A stretch of 64,000 nucleotides of DNA, taken from assembly GCA_000934665.2 (NCBI GenBank), contig JYFJ02000602.1:1-64000 (forward strand). Direction: 5' to 3'. How positions within the stretch are numbered: the first letter of the stretch is position 1; each line of letters starts with the position of its first letter. The notes below the pieces were generated by a model that saw only the letters and a program-made list of their open reading frames with translations, searched no databases and was not told the DNA's origin. The position numbers and the translations under genes were made by a program. Shown piece after piece: positions 49,301-63,482 of this stretch. Source of the stretch: Catajapyx aquilonaris. Taxonomy: Eukaryota.

Positions 49301-52300
49301 ATTTGGCAGCTGGGTGAAGCAGAAGGGGCTTATCGAACATGGGTGTCAGAAGCCAATGATCGACACTCCCAAATGAAGCGCACAAAGCTGGAGGTCTTGA
49401 AGCAGATCCGAGAGCTCATGATGCAAGGAGACCAGACCCTGAAGAGCGTCACTGCCAACTACTTCCACCTTCAGCACACTCTTGTGGCACCTCAGCCAGT
49501 ACAGGTGAGTTACTGAAATGATTACTACACAAGAGCAACATAATGACACACCTGGGCAGTTCCAGACACTCCAAGAAAGCAGCCGGCTGTATGAACCAGG
49601 ATCACAGTACCTGGAGTTTGTTCGCCGTTTACCTCCATCTTCCCCAAGCAAGGATTCACCGAAGGCTCCATTTGCATTTGAACCAGTGTCAGACTCATCT
49701 CCTTCAGTCACTGATCGCAAGGCCAATGGATCACTGGAAGTGTGCGAGATACCTCGTGGACCTCCAACCCCATCAGCTCTGCCATCACTCATCCACCACC
49801 AGCCAAAGGCATGGAGTCCATCTACCACATCTGGTGCCACAACCACAACCAATACGACTACAACTGGTGGCAGTGACACTGATTCTCTGTCAAGTAGCCA
49901 GAGCAACAAGAGTCGCGACACCTCACCAAGCACCAGTCCGATGATGCCTGCCAGAAGATTGCAGCAAGCACAGTCCGCATCAGCAGTAGGAGCAGCTGCT
50001 GTGGCGTCATCAGGTGATGAGCTGGAAGTGGAAGCTGATGGGGATGCCCTTCCACTCCCACTGCCTTTGTCCATGTCCACTTCACCCCACCAGAGCTCCA
50101 TCTTGTCCAAAGCGGCTGTTACGCACACCTTTAGGAAGCTGAAGACCCCCTCCAGGTGCAGGGAGTGTGACTCCTACGTGTACTTCCAAGGAGCAGAGTG
50201 CACTGAGGTAACAATTCTGAAACATTATGAAATGCAGTTCTATGATACATTTTTTCTCCATCAACAGTGTGGCTTGGCCTGTCACAAGAAGTGCTTGGCA
50301 TCACTTGCAATCCAATGTGGCCACAAGCGCCTCCCTCGCAAGATGACTACCTTTGGAGTGGATCTTGCCCAACACTTGTCCGAGACTGCTGCCTCAGTCC
50401 CACCTTTGGTTGCCAAATGCGTGGCTGAGATAGATTGCCGAGGTCTACAAATTAAGGGGATATACCGTGTGTCTGGTGTCAAGTCTAAAGTGGAAAAGTT
50501 GTGCCAGGCTTTTGAGAATGGAGCTGACCTAGTCGACCTGACAGACGTTCATCCAAATGTAGTGGCCAATGTGCTCAAGTTGTATGTGCGACAGCTGCCT
50601 GAACCACTGCTGACATATAGACTGTACCCGGAGTTTATTAGGATGGCCAAGGAGTTTCCGTCAAGACATAATCCAGAAGTTGGGGATCTCCGTGAACTGG
50701 TAAAGCGCTTGCCACGTGCACATTTGGTGACGTTGGGTTACATAATGCGTCACTTGCACCGGGTAGCGTCTGAATCTGACACTAACAACATGCCAGCCAG
50801 CAACCTAGGAATTGTATTTGGACCAACACTGTTGAGGACTGCAGAAGGAAATGCTTCATTTTCATCGCTGGAGGATACAGTGCATCAGACACGCGTAGTT
50901 GAAATGCTTGTTTACAATGCTCAAGAGGTCTTCGGGGCACTGGAAGCGCAGCTTGCATTGGCTCCTGTTGTGATTCATCCCAAAGTGGAGGATTTCACAC
51001 ACTCAAAAACATCTTTCCTGAGGTCAATATCAGTGCTCGAGAGGAAAAGGCAGTGCAAGGATCTGGACTTGTCATCTTCTGAAAGGAGGAAGAGCGATGT
51101 CCCAGATGAGATCTCCCTCCCAGGGTACCTTGGCGACCTGCCATCCACTCCAGACAACCAGTCAGTTGGTGAGTGTCAAATCTTTCAAGTGGACATGGCA
51201 AACGGATTGCCGTGTCAAAGTGTTGCTATTATTGTACACTGTACAGCATAGTGTAGCCCTTAGTAGCTACCATGTCAAGCTCATGTGAATTAGAGAGAGA
51301 TTTCTTGCATCTTTTTGACTTTAAATTTCCGTGAGCTTCTAATAATGCTAATTGTGGAATGGAATCCGTGAAGTTTGAAACATGACTTCTTTTTTCTTGT
51401 CAGATGACATCTTAGGGCTGGTGTCTGACGAAGATATTCCAGACTTCCTGTTGGAGGATCCAAAGAAGTCTCCCATGATCCCGAGACGCACCTCACCAAC
51501 CAAGATATTCAAGGGAACCCTGAAGGATTACCATGGGCTTGAAGGGGTGAGTGCTGAAATTCTGATCCTTTTCTGAAGGTCTCGTTTTAACCTGCAATAT
51601 TATCATGCAGTTCTCGACACCTGAGCCGGACAACCCACACCTGAAACTCCGGAAGTGCATGTCAGACAACACGGTGCAGCCTTCCCCACAGCAGCCAAAG
51701 CCGCCTGCCAGTCCTGGTCTGCATGAGGAAGAGGAAGAGGAGGAGGTTGCCAAGGATCCAAGGAAGTTGGCCAAGTCTCTCAGTGAGACTGTAGTCATGC
51801 TGGGGCCAAAGGGAGGGCGGGAACACAAAGTGCTCACAGGTGAGCCATTTGAGTGACAACAGTGCAGTAGGATTTGTGTGGCTCATATTGCAAGGGAATC
51901 ATTAAGTAAATAAGAAAATAATGGAGTCTGTTTTCAACGGCACATTCTTTTGTAGTGAAGGGAAATGGTGCTTTCTCTTATTCCAACTAAAGATAGTTTT
52001 TGTATCATTTGGCTTGTTATTAATAAGGTGCTGCTTTAGTGATGCACTGATAGTATGTTGCTCTCATTATGACTGTACAATACCATGCCAACACCTGACT
52101 TTCTTAATATTAAGAGGAGTTAATAACTTGGAAAATTGTGAGAAATTCCCTGAATTGGTGAATGGGATATTTATCTAGTGCCAATTGTACGAAGACAAAT
52201 TAAGGAGAAAGTTTCTGATTATGTAGAATTATGTATTGTGCATTCTTTTCATAAGTAAGCATTTTCCCCAGTGTTTCATGCAAGCCTTATTTGTGGTGGG

Positions 52301-52891
52301 GAAACATGATATCACTCAAATATAACCCTGACTTCACCACACAAATTGTACTCAATTCAATGCCATTCATGGCCATATATTTTGTAATTAATGAAGGCAT
52401 TGGAAATCAAACTGAGACTTCAAATTATAATTTCAGCAACCAAAGAAGGACATATGACATTGACGCCACCTGTGCCACCTCCGAGGGCAAACCGCCAGGA
52501 CGATCACCGCGTAACGATCCAGGTACCTGGGAGGAAACCCCCACCTGCCAGTAGCAGATCTACCTTTTATTCGGAGCTGGATGTTGTAAGTAGGGAAGGC
52601 TTCAGTGGTAGTGGTGATGGTGATGGTGGTGGGTGCTCTGGTGGTAGTGGTGGTGGCAGTGACTCAGTTGACTCTTCTGTGGTGGGCGGGAGTGTCAGTA
52701 AGACGAAGAGGAGCACGACTGCACAAATGCAATCCCCAATTCTCAATCCTAGGGACGAGGCTAATAGGTGCGAGGAAGAGGGCGAGGAAGACGAGGAGCA
52801 TCCAAGGGGGATAACGAGGATGGTCAGGACCAGCGAGAGGAGCGTGGTGACCAGGAGGCTGGCTGAGGATAGGACACCCAGATTTGTCTGA
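43334..52891 (+). CDS. F-BAR + C1 + RhoGAP protein of the ARHGAP45(HMHA1)/ARHGAP29/GMIP family, multi-exon
   Basis: Exons ~43334-43432, 44890-45196, 45822-45968, ~46039-46119, ~47980-48039, 48411-48692, 48760-49131, 49310-49504, 49560-50207, 50268-51168, ~51404-51546, 51611-51840, ~52436-52891. Motifs: AHERLSDVLRILRSVLEKYP, LALAFSSRVSEYLMGD, F-BAR (GVELALRRAKLWAKYA), C1 (HTFRKLKTPSRCREC...CHKKC...C), GAP arginine finger GIYRVSG, NNMPASNLGIVFGPTL, and a PDZ-ligand-type C-terminus PRFV. Confidence 0.93.
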
Positions 52892-54020
52892 AATGGGCAG
52901 CAGTCCTCTGTGAAACGTACACTTCATGGTCACAGGTGACATATTTTCTTTGGTCTATCTCAAGGAGAGTGAATGTACCAATATTGTGGTCTGAGCTAGG
53001 CATCATTGTTGGATGTGGTGAAACCATACAAGCCGTGATGTACCACGCATCCGTCAGTGAGGTCCAGCAGACCCTTCCCTCTTTTTGACTCCTGGGCCAG
53101 GAAAGAGTGTGAGACCAGTAGGGGGCTAGTCAGTTGACAGGTGAAAAAGTCACAGTTTATGAGCCAAAGACATTGGGAAAAAGAAGACTCGGTCAATGTG
53201 CAAAACCCTTTTTGAAGGTTTTGTTTGGGACTGAGGGAGATCTATCACCTTTGCATTTGGGTCTCTAGGTGTCGCTAGTCAGGGGGCATTTTTTTTTTCT
53301 CTGTATTATTATATTTCCTGTGCACAGTCATTGTTGTTGAAGCATTCCGCACCTATACCTGTTTGTTTGTTTTTAGTCTCAGAACCTTTTTTTGTAACAG
53401 ATCCCAGTGGATTTAAGGTCCATTTTGTGGCCTGCAAATGACCTTTTGCTTTACTTATAAGTCACTATATTTATTTAGGAAACAAATTATTTCTCAGCGT
53501 CTGCTATGAAAGAGATTCTCGTTACAGAGACCTGTCGTTGCTGTAGCAAGTGCTTAGACTGTGTATTGTTTCAGGCATCCAAAACGTTTGTTGTTGAGCG
53601 AGGCACTGTCTCTTTTGGATAACATTTTTTGTGTGTGTCTGTAAACCGTGATATGTGGATTTTCCCCCCCAACTTGGCCTGTTATTGGATATATGAAGGC
53701 CACAATCTTGGGAGCATTTCCCAACAGACTCTAAACACAATTATTAACGTGGCAAAGGTTCAGGGACGAAAACAGGATTGGATGGAGTCAGAGGCAAGAA
53801 TATCTTGGAACAAAAAAAAATGAGAGTAAAAGAATATGAAAAATGTTTATATCCACAGTCTATAGAATATGAAAGATGCAAATATATTTCTGTGAGTCCA
53901 TCTCAACCCATGTGCCTTATTACCCTCCTGAAAGATGTCTGCCGGCCCAAGTGAAAACCCTGTATATCTGCTTTTTGTCATTTCGAGATGTTTGCATTTG
54001 CGTTGTCGTATATAGAAGTA

Positions 54021-54121
54021 CTATATCGCTCAAAAAGATAGAGACGATTGGCATTTGATTCAAGTGCAAGTTGCACTTGAGTCAAATGCAAAATCGTCTC
54101 TTATATTTTTGGGCGATATAG
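54021..54121. mobile_element. MITE family X, copy B: 101-bp near-perfect palindrome
   Basis: TA-CTATATCGCTCAAAAA...TCAAGTGCAA-G-TTGCACTTGA...TTTTTGGGCGATATAG-TA. Confidence 0.85.
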
Positions 54122-56018
54122 TACATGACTTCCTATTGGCCAACCCTTTGCAAGGGTTACACCTACAGGGCTTTGTACCAAAAGATGTGGCTTACAAAGA
54201 GGAAGGCAATGGTGCACTTTCGCCATTTATGTCATTTTCGAAACTGGGTTTTCATTTGGGCTGTCAGCCTTATTACTTTTCCACATAATAACTGGAAGAA
54301 ACCGAATGTTTCTTCCACTTATTTAAGTGGAGGATAAATGGATATTCAGTTTACAGAGAAAATAGGTGGATGGAATTATACCAATCAGATTAAGTGGAAG
54401 GATTAGTCACTTATTCAGTAAATAAATTAAATAATTTTCGAACAATTTAATGAAGACGTGATAATCAAAGCACCAGGTAGAAGTAATTTCCACTTATTTT
54501 TTAAAATTCTATATGGTTACATTTTAAAATAAAGCTATTTCCAGATTTTCAATAGAAATGTGTAAGAATATGCTCATTTAGGGAAAGAAGTAATGCGGAA
54601 ATAATGACTTTCAACAGAAAATTTCTTCTCCGTTCACTTAGTTGTTAAATTTTTTTCTCAGATATTAAAGTGAAAATTATGGACCAGTAGCATCAATATT
54701 TTGGAAAATATCCGATTATTCACACTGCAAAATAATATATTTTCTTCTTAATTTTTACTCAGACAACCAGACATAATCCGACGTAATTAAGGCTGATGTA
54801 GCAGGCCCGGAAAGAAGAGTGAAGCCTTATTGTTTATTTTTACAGAGTTTACAGCTTCCTAGCAGACTTTCAGGTGATGACCTACATGTGGTCCACCCAG
54901 GGTCGCCTTATTTCCAACTCCACCCCCCCCCCCNCCCCCCCCCGAATCGAGCGGGAAATTCCAAACTTTATTCCGTGAATCATATCAACGAAAAGACTTT
55001 ACTCCAGATAAAACTGGACTCACCAAAAGTTATTTCCCACCATTGTTTATCCTGTGGTCAGACCTTTTTTTAAAAAAGTATCCTAGATAATGCGCACGTT
55101 CACAACCAGAAGGTCAAGCGAATGACCAGCACTTGATGGGGGAACTAGAAATGAATTTTTATTGGTAGCGCACATCCTGCCTAGAGCTATTTGATAGAGT
55201 TGAACTAGGTAGTGATGACGTCTTCCGTATAGGGAGGGCATCATAGTGCAATAGGTTCCAATCGTCCATCGCTTTGGTTCATTTTTATATGCAAACTTGG
55301 TTGCAGGCCGAAAGGTCAGATTGATCGTGGCTCGACCTGCCTTTAATCGGAGGAGATAAGAAGGAAAGGGTTTGGTTACAGGCAGTTTTTGCGAGAGATT
55401 ACATTTTTCGTGGAAGTTTGTTGCGTAGAGACGTAATCCGTTGGGAGTAATAAAAAAAAAATAGAGGGGGATTTTAGATATGTAAATATGTTGACACCAG
55501 TTGTCGTGTTAGTAGATTGCTTGAAGTTGAAGGCGTCATTTTGTGAGCGGAATACTGCTGTTCAGGTAAGGAAATGACATTTAGAAGTTAGTTTTAATTG
55601 AGAGAGCTTAAGCTAATTAGGTCATTGAACTGTAATCAGTTCGGGTATTTAAAAAACAGTTATAAGTAACTGCAAGAATATTAGGACATTAAAATCCATT
55701 TTTTTTTGTTGATATTAGACACATGGTCCAAATAAGCTGCTAGGAATTGTCGGAAGTTCGTCATACAATACGCGGGGAAGTCCGGTCTTGATCCGAATAT
55801 GCTTCGTAGTTTCCAGTAAAATCTTGCGACAAGTTCCGTCCTTATTACGTAAAACTAGGAGTAAAAGTTATCAAGTACTTTACCCGGAATTGCGGTTCCT
55901 TTTTTACATAACTTGACCACGCATGAGTGTTACCTATGAAGGCCTTCAACAATAGGTAATACAATGTAAGGCAACGCTTCTAAAGCAATTGTATAGGCCA
56001 AATATAAACATGAAAATA

Positions 56019-56641
56019 CAGTTGAATCCGGATATACCGGTAACCGATTTTAAGGGAAGTCTGTTATAGCCAAATCGTCACTTTTGCAACGAATACACAA
56101 ATTTTTCTGCTTTCCATATGCCTATACTGCACACTACTACGATACTCATTAATGAAATCCATCAAAAGCTCTGTGAATTACGCAGGACCCCTATCCTTAC
56201 CCCATGTCCTTTCATCCTTGCACCGCCGGGGTTAAAATTTTTTTTAGAAAATTGAAGGAAAAATGGTGGTATTCCATCCCCCTATAAGGGCCTCTGGCCC
56301 TATCACGGGGGTAACGTAAAAAAAATACACAGGACCCCAAAGAATCGGTACCGTTTTCCTGCCCGTTCTTGCCAACAATACAGTATATCAAAAAAAGAAT
56401 GCTTTTTACCTTTTCAGCAACTGTTAGATCAGTGACAGGTGGGAAAATCACCCCCTCTCCAGTATGCAATGTTTTCCTCGCGAGGAAAGGAAGCTTAGTA
56501 ATCAAAAGCAACATATATTTTTCTACCGATGCGATGTGACAAGAAATTGTCTGTTATACCCGAGGTGAGATGAAACGAGTCTGTTATATCAGGAGTAAAA
56601 ATACACATGGCCTTATGGCAGTATGACTCCGGAGTCAACTG
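56019..56641. mobile_element. Non-autonomous pogo/Tigger-like DNA element
   Basis: TA-flanked TIRs CAGTTGAATCCGGA / TCCGGAGTCAACTG (13/14 match) and subterminal GTCTGTTATA repeats (~56059, 56549, 56579). Confidence 0.7.
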
Positions 56642-58400
56642 TACGTATTAAAAGACACACTGTTGTCACGCACTGTGACGCTGACAGCGTGACTTTAGTG
56701 GGGGGAGGCTCAACACCGTCGCGTCGCCTGGAATTTTGGCCACTCTGGGGATCTTTAACGTGTACTCGCGCAACAGCGTGACTGTGAGTGACAACACCAC
56801 GAGCACAAAGTAGCTCATTGCTAATACTATCTATCTGCTGCTGAAAGTTATTTTGAACTGTCCAACTTGCCCACAGCATACAAACCTGATCAACCTAGTA
56901 ACTCTCACATTTTTTTTTTCTAGTGCGAATTCGCCTTGTTACGTCCTATTGATTGCCCACAATTCAGATTCGCGACACATTCCAAGAGGTAATGCGGATT
57001 TCCGCATTTCGCCCCATTTTCACCCCCTGACCGTATTTCCAACCCCTAGGAGCGTGGACGGTAGCGCCTCCGCATCGAGCTTCGGTAAATCCGCTCGGGA
57101 TCAAGCCTTGGCAGTGGCGTCCGCAGCGCCGAGCTTGAATCAGCCTCATCGGGGATACGGAGACAGGACCATACATTTCCCCGAACACCTCCCATACACC
57201 CCATCGGAATATATGGGGAAATCCACGTGGGCGACATGACCCGGTGATCGTGACACGGTGACCCAGTGACAGTGAGAGTGAGTGCCATGCAGCCTGGAGG
57301 TCACACGTTCGGTGAGTGTACCTGCGATGACCTTGTCAGACTGAGGGGTCAATACCGTGATTTGATGGTCACCTTTCACTAGCCTGTTTATCGGACAGGT
57401 GATAACGTGATACTCGAACACTTATGCAATTATGATAATTTTGTACGTAGATTAAAAATATAGGCACGTACCGCCGGGAAGGTTAGGTTGGTACAGCGTG
57501 CCCCTACCACATTCGGTCTCCCGATATGAAAATGCACAGGATATGTCAGGTACAATCTTTGGTGTATGTACCGCATTTGACCATTTCCCTCTAAAGTTGG
57601 CCGCGGTGCCAGGCTATTTCTGTGCGGGTCAAACTCTGTTTCTGGTTTATGTGACACACACAGGTGGGCCCAGGACATTGACGTGACACATGTCAGGTGT
57701 TGGGCAAAGGCACTACAAACCCTTGGCTATTTGATCAGGGTTTTCCAACAGTAGGAGTCAATACACACAGGATGGATATACCTGACCTGGTGGTGCTCCA
57801 GGGGGCCAATTAGTTAAGGCCGGAGGCTGATCTGGTATTTTTAGGAACTGTCGGTCAAGATGTCACGTGACACTTTTCAATGATTCAAGATGGCGTGTTT
57901 CCAAATGATCTATATAATTTTTTTTTTCTTTTCTATTTGAAAAGGAAACTCCGCCTAGCTTCCTTTTTGCTAAGCCATAGATTGTCGTCAGTCTATTTGT
58001 GACACGCGACCCCAAAGCTAGATGACCCACATTGATGAAAAAGGTACACGTCAGATCTAAATATCGAATGGTAATGGACCTCTGGACTTTTAGATGATGA
58101 CCTTGTGGTTCGCCAATTGTGAAGAACTGACGCATATGTATGTTAAATTACGACTTGTTTGCCTGGAAATGCCCTAGCCGCAGAAATGCAAAACCAGATG
58201 GTGCAACGTACAAACATTTACCATATGTTCAGGGTATGCAGCCGAATACATTTTTCGCAATAAGCAGCTTGTTTGGAATAACAGGTTTTCGAAAATATTA
58301 GCTAAATGTGCTGAGGGATCTCACAGACAATATTTAGGCTCTAACCATGTTTTTTTTTTTTAAATATCAAATTAATTAATAAAAATATTTTATTACAGCC

Positions 58401-58641
58401 ATGTCTGGCGGTATGCACGAGGTGGATGCGGCCATGTCCAGCAAAAGGACTACGGCCAACGGATGTCTTCCGGTGGGCAATGGTCAGAGCCTGAATGGGA
58501 GGCCACCGGTTGACACCCTGATGACCCCTACGACCCCGGGGGCCGAAGACGGAACTAGTCCAAAGCAAGTCAGGAGGAAGAGCAAGACTGTGTCCTTCCA
58601 TAGTGCGACGAGTTTGCCCACCGAGAGGAAGATCTCTAGTG
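58401..58641 (+). CDS. PLCL: First coding exon of an inactive phospholipase C-like protein (PLCL/PRIP); gene continues beyond the window
   Basis: Acceptor ttacag|ccATG. The exon ends RRKSKTVSFHSATSLPTERKISS|gtaagc, matching the PLCL1/2 pre-PH-domain segment KKTVSFSSMP(S/T)EKKISS with the PP1-binding RVxF motif KTVSF. Candidate upstream non-coding donors at 55565 and 57312. Confidence 0.72.
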
Positions 58642-60217
58642 GTAAGCATGACCTTTGACCCCTCTAATACTGTCTGCCAAGAATCGCCGCGTTTTTTCCA
58701 TATTAAATATTTTATGGCAACTATGTTGGTGACAGTGTTGCCAAACGAACTCAGGAAGTCCCTGCGCATCGCACGACATATGTCACAATTACTGGTTTGC
58801 ATTGAAGGCATGAATAGTCATGAGCAATTGGCTCCCCTGCGGACATTTTACGCATTAATTGCGTCCACAGTACACTCAAGGACGTAAAAAAAAACACGCC
58901 ACTTTTATGTAATTTGCCATATTTTTTTTAGGTATGTTGCTCTTTCATTAAATGGCCAGATATTTTAAGTCATATCCTAGCAATTCTCGGTTTTACTGAT
59001 ATTGCCCCGTTGGTTTACGATCGCCAACTTTTTGTGCTTTGATATGTGACTGAAAGGGCAAATCTCACATTCGCATGCGCAAAAGTTTGCGAATATTTTT
59101 TTTTGGGTGGACCCCCAGTCTATTTTTTATCCTGTCTTCACAACCGAGAGGGAAATCGATGTAAACGGCGCGCGTTTTGGGCGCCTAGATGACGAAAGGC
59201 CCCCCTGCCCCCACCCAAAAAATGACTCGGATAGATATGGTACCAATTTTGGAAAAATATATAGGCCAAACTATTTCTTGGCATGGTTATAACCACCTGC
59301 TGAATTTAAACCCAATTATTTTTTAGATATTTTTTTAAAAGTCGAAACGAACATATGATTACTTAATATGTTACGTAAAAAGGGGGGCTAAAAAATTACC
59401 TTACGGTACATGTTTTTTACCTCCTGAACTTTTACAGCGATAAAGATTATTCTGCTTCTAACGTTACTTGCATAATGGAGTTCTTTCAACATTGCATAAT
59501 TGGTAGATTAACCCCTTCTCCACACCACCACCCCTTTGCTTGAGCTATATATCTTAACGAGTTGGACCAAGGTTAATCGTCAGCAACAACGGCGCGGCGT
59601 AAAAAAATGACGCCAGTTTTTTTTTTTTACTATTCCTAACTTCAAACGTGCATACTTAATAAAATAGCAGGTAGCTGCTAGTAGCGGAAAAATATATTTT
59701 TAAAAAATGCAAACATTGCTATTTTTTCGACCTTGTTGAATAGCCAATAGAAAGCGATAGTAGCCTGTAATCTTATCTACTGACGCTTGTAAATAAACTC
59801 GACAATTGCCACGGAATAGGCTCCGGAGTTTGGAGAAGGTTTCTATCGAGTGGTCGTTCAAAGACAAGTTGAGAGATTGGAGGGAACAGGTGCCTTCCTT
59901 CCTCCTTTAAAACTAGTCTAGGCTTCCCACGGTGATGTCTAGAGGACACTTGTGAAGATGCCACACCCCCCAAAAAGCCCCCCTCCCGAAATGCGATACC
60001 ACAATTTTTTTTTAAAGTAGAGATGGCGTTGGGGTTGAGTAAATCGGTTAATAACGCCTGGTGATTGATGGTATTCGTCGCGGGTTAGCTGGGTTGAAAA
60101 TCCGCACCGGATATTTACATCTGCGTAAGAGGGCGTAAATAAACATGGAAATCGCGTGACTTTTGATAAATTACTGATACCGTGGGGGTGAAGACGGGGG
60201 TGAATTCTAGCGACGTA

Positions 60218-60323
60218 CTAAATCGCTCAAAAAACATAGAGACGATTTTCTGCAATATATTGCATATATTGCATATATTGAATTAAATACAAAAATTGTA
60301 TATGTTGTTTTGAACGATATTAG
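60218..60323. mobile_element. MITE family X, copy C (decayed; PLCL intron)
   Basis: TA-CTAAATCGCTCAAAAAACATAGAGACGATTTT left end; decayed inverted right end TTTTGAACGATAT. Confidence 0.6.
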
Positions 60324-63059
60324 CGAACAAATTATTTATTTAAATTTTATTATAATGAGACGGCTACGAAAGTTTATTGCGGCTGTCATTTCCAGCTTCA
60401 GTACATACTGTATGGCTCTAGTAAAACCAAGGTCGATATGAGAGGTTGGAAACACGTGTATTTCGATATAAGTCTTGCCACACACGTGCTTTGTTGATAT
60501 GCAAAATTGATGCGGGGGATATGCACAGGGTGGTGCGTTACCTGCAGTGCATATACCCTGCACTAAAAATAAAAGAAAGTTCGACCTGAATTGCTTATGG
60601 AAGCCCCCTCCATACATATCCCAATTCGGTCTTTGTAAGTCAAATAACAGACAAGTAGGGGACCTTTGGCAACCTGATATTGAATAGAAAGCAGGGGGCG
60701 GACAACTGGACAAAAAAAAATAGAATTGACCAAGGATTTCTCCAGAGCCCACTGTGGGATCTAAGGATCAATAGAGTTGGGGACTAGTTTTTTATGTGGT
60801 GTATGTCAGGTGAGCTGACGGCCCAAGTGGCACAATCCCATTATGCTAATTCATACCGCGACTATTATGTGACAGGTTAAAAATAATTAGTAGGGTCGAG
60901 AGTGTCACCCGTGTGTCTTATTGTTGCGTAATTTTACAAAGTGCTTGATTATTTTAATTTTTTTTGATGTCACCTATAATGCGATGTTGAGTATTTTTTT
61001 TCTGAACCTGATCTGGGGTTTGAACAATTCGTGGTTGACAGTGACTTGTGGTCTGTAGTCCTTGTCATTCAGCGACCGCGTGTCTGAAGCCGCTTATTTG
61101 CCGGCTGGCAAGGGTTAAGGCGTCTGGCCAGAATTAGTCGGTGGCCATTCTAAATTTGGGGGGTGGGTAGGCCCCTGCTTTTCTCCCAGGAACCACTGGC
61201 GCCTCTTCAGAAAAAAAATCCCCGACCACTTTCGCTGCACATGGACCGAATCCAAACCCTCGGGTGACGTCTTTTCCCGGCCACCACTTTACGTCATTGT
61301 ATGGCATATAAATCGAACTAATATCAGCAGTTAAGAGCTTAAAAGTAACTGCTTTTTTCGTACATCAATACATGTCTTCTGGAACACCTTGTAGGTGTGA
61401 CGTCAGAATTCTAATTGGCTTAATATTTAAAAGATGGTATCGTGGTTGGACAACGGTGTGCCAATTTTTGCAAAAGGTCGCCCTTGATGACGCGCAGGTT
61501 GGGTCAGCTCCAACGCCATCGTGCGACAGAAATATAGATTTGGCAACAGTCTGGGGGTGCTGAGAAACAAAACTTTTTTTCTTAATCTATGCATAGTACG
61601 TGGGGGTTAACAAATTAAAACGGCACATGCGTTATATATGCACAGACTTGACCCTGAATGTCAGATCTTTTGCATGACTTGGTCTGCGCAATTGCCATTT
61701 GAACTGTGGGAATTGCAGATAGACGCTATTAGATGTTGTCAAGGTCCATCTTTCATTGTAATGATAATTAGAGTCGGTTGTATAGTTGACTTTTTTATGT
61801 TACCAGGCAGGAAGCAGGAAGTTTCCACGACCTGTCATGCCCCCATGTATATTCGCTCGTTTGCATGTACGCACAATTGGCTCGCATTAGCAAAAGACTT
61901 ACATCACCCTTGGAGAACAAATATTTTTAGCCGCCGTGTGCTGCATTGTTACGGGGCTTCCCCTGCAAAACTTTTCCAATTGAACAGTCCTTTTTGAATG
62001 GCTTCTCTCCTGGAATCGGATTCTGAGAAGGAACGTAATTAATCTGTCTTTGATGCCATTGCATCGGAGAAAATTATGTTCCAGATCCGCGCGAATTCGC
62101 TCGGAAAGTTTGGCGGGCTATATTAGCAGCACATGGCTATGCTGATATTAGCAATAAATGTCTATCGCATGTATGAGCCAGACTTATTTACAGAATGGGT
62201 AATTATTCATTATTGTTGTTCAGAGCAACCTGGACTGTACATTGTAACTCCGTGTAACACGCAGATAATTTGCTTGCAAAGGCCTCCCAAATTTTGAGTT
62301 ATAGCGTCACATTTCAAAATTAGCGCATGATCGTTAACAAAGGGCCCGGTGAAACCCATCCACTAATTATCCAGTATTGAAGACCATCCACCGCGCAAAC
62401 TCTTCCTTTTGTTTCAACATTGCTGGAAATCCCAGCAGTGTTACTTGCACGAACAATCCGTTTAGCCCAACCCTTCCAATAATTTGGCGAAACAATGCTA
62501 CCTAAAACTCAATCCGCCAAATTTGAGCCGCATCTGTGGTGGCAGATCCATTGTGCGGGCTGGCACCACTGCCGATTCAAAGGTGCCAGATGTAAGGTAT
62601 ACCCTCCAGCAGGTCAATACCAAACCGCTTACTCATAATTGGTTAATTAGCAAAGGGTGGGTGGGTTGGGAGGGGGATGGTAAAAGGCGGCATTGCACGC
62701 GAATCTACATCACCGTCCCTTCAAAGCGTATCGACCGATGCGTATATACCTGTCCTTTAAGCGAACACGGTAGTTACTTTGTACGGATTTGAAGTACCCT
62801 AGAAAAGCTAGCAGAGTTATGATAATGGCGGATGGAAGCCATTACCAGAGCAGATGGCAAAAAAGGGGATCCCTTCGCCTCCTTGGGAATCGATGGATTT
62901 CAAAGCACGCTCTTGTAGCTGCAGAAGTGTAAATAAATTTTCGCCTTTTGCCATCCAGCAAGAAATGAGCGTGCCTTGCGCTTCAGGTATAGCAACGAAT
63001 CACGCCAGACATTTTCTTGGGGAAAAAAAATTTGGTGGCCCAATTATAAATCTAGCTCG

Positions 63060-63482
63060 TGTATATTTGAAATATAGAAAATATCGAAATATAAAAATAT
63101 CGAATACAGCGAAATATAACAATATCGAATATAGCGAAATATAGAAAAAAAATTAAAATTTTTAGGTCTAATATATTCGAAATATCTAAAATATTGAAAA
63201 TATCGAAAGAGAAAATTTTAAAACATCGATAATATAGAAATATAACTAACATAGCAAACATCGGAAATGTCGACATATCGAAAAATTTCTTTAATATATT
63301 CGAAATATCGATAATATAGCAATATATCAAACATCGGAAATTTTGATATATCAAAAAATATTTAATACGTATGTTCGAAATATCGAAAATATTGAAAAAA
63401 GTCGAAATATAGGAAAACATCGAAATCCTTGATATATCGAAAACTTTAGCTCGAATATATTCGATATATCGAAAATATCGAT
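63060..63482. repeat. AT-rich array of (A)ATATCG(AA) motifs
   Basis: Many degenerate AATATCGAAA units over ~420 bp; possibly a DNA-transposon subterminal array. Confidence 0.75.

Noticed and set aside
49346..50128. 260-aa minus-strand ORF (also 12775-13272 and 25926-26306)
   Set aside because: Antisense shadows of real coding exons.
54921..54943. Poly-C tract containing an N
   Set aside because: Sequencing/assembly ambiguity; tract length is unreliable.
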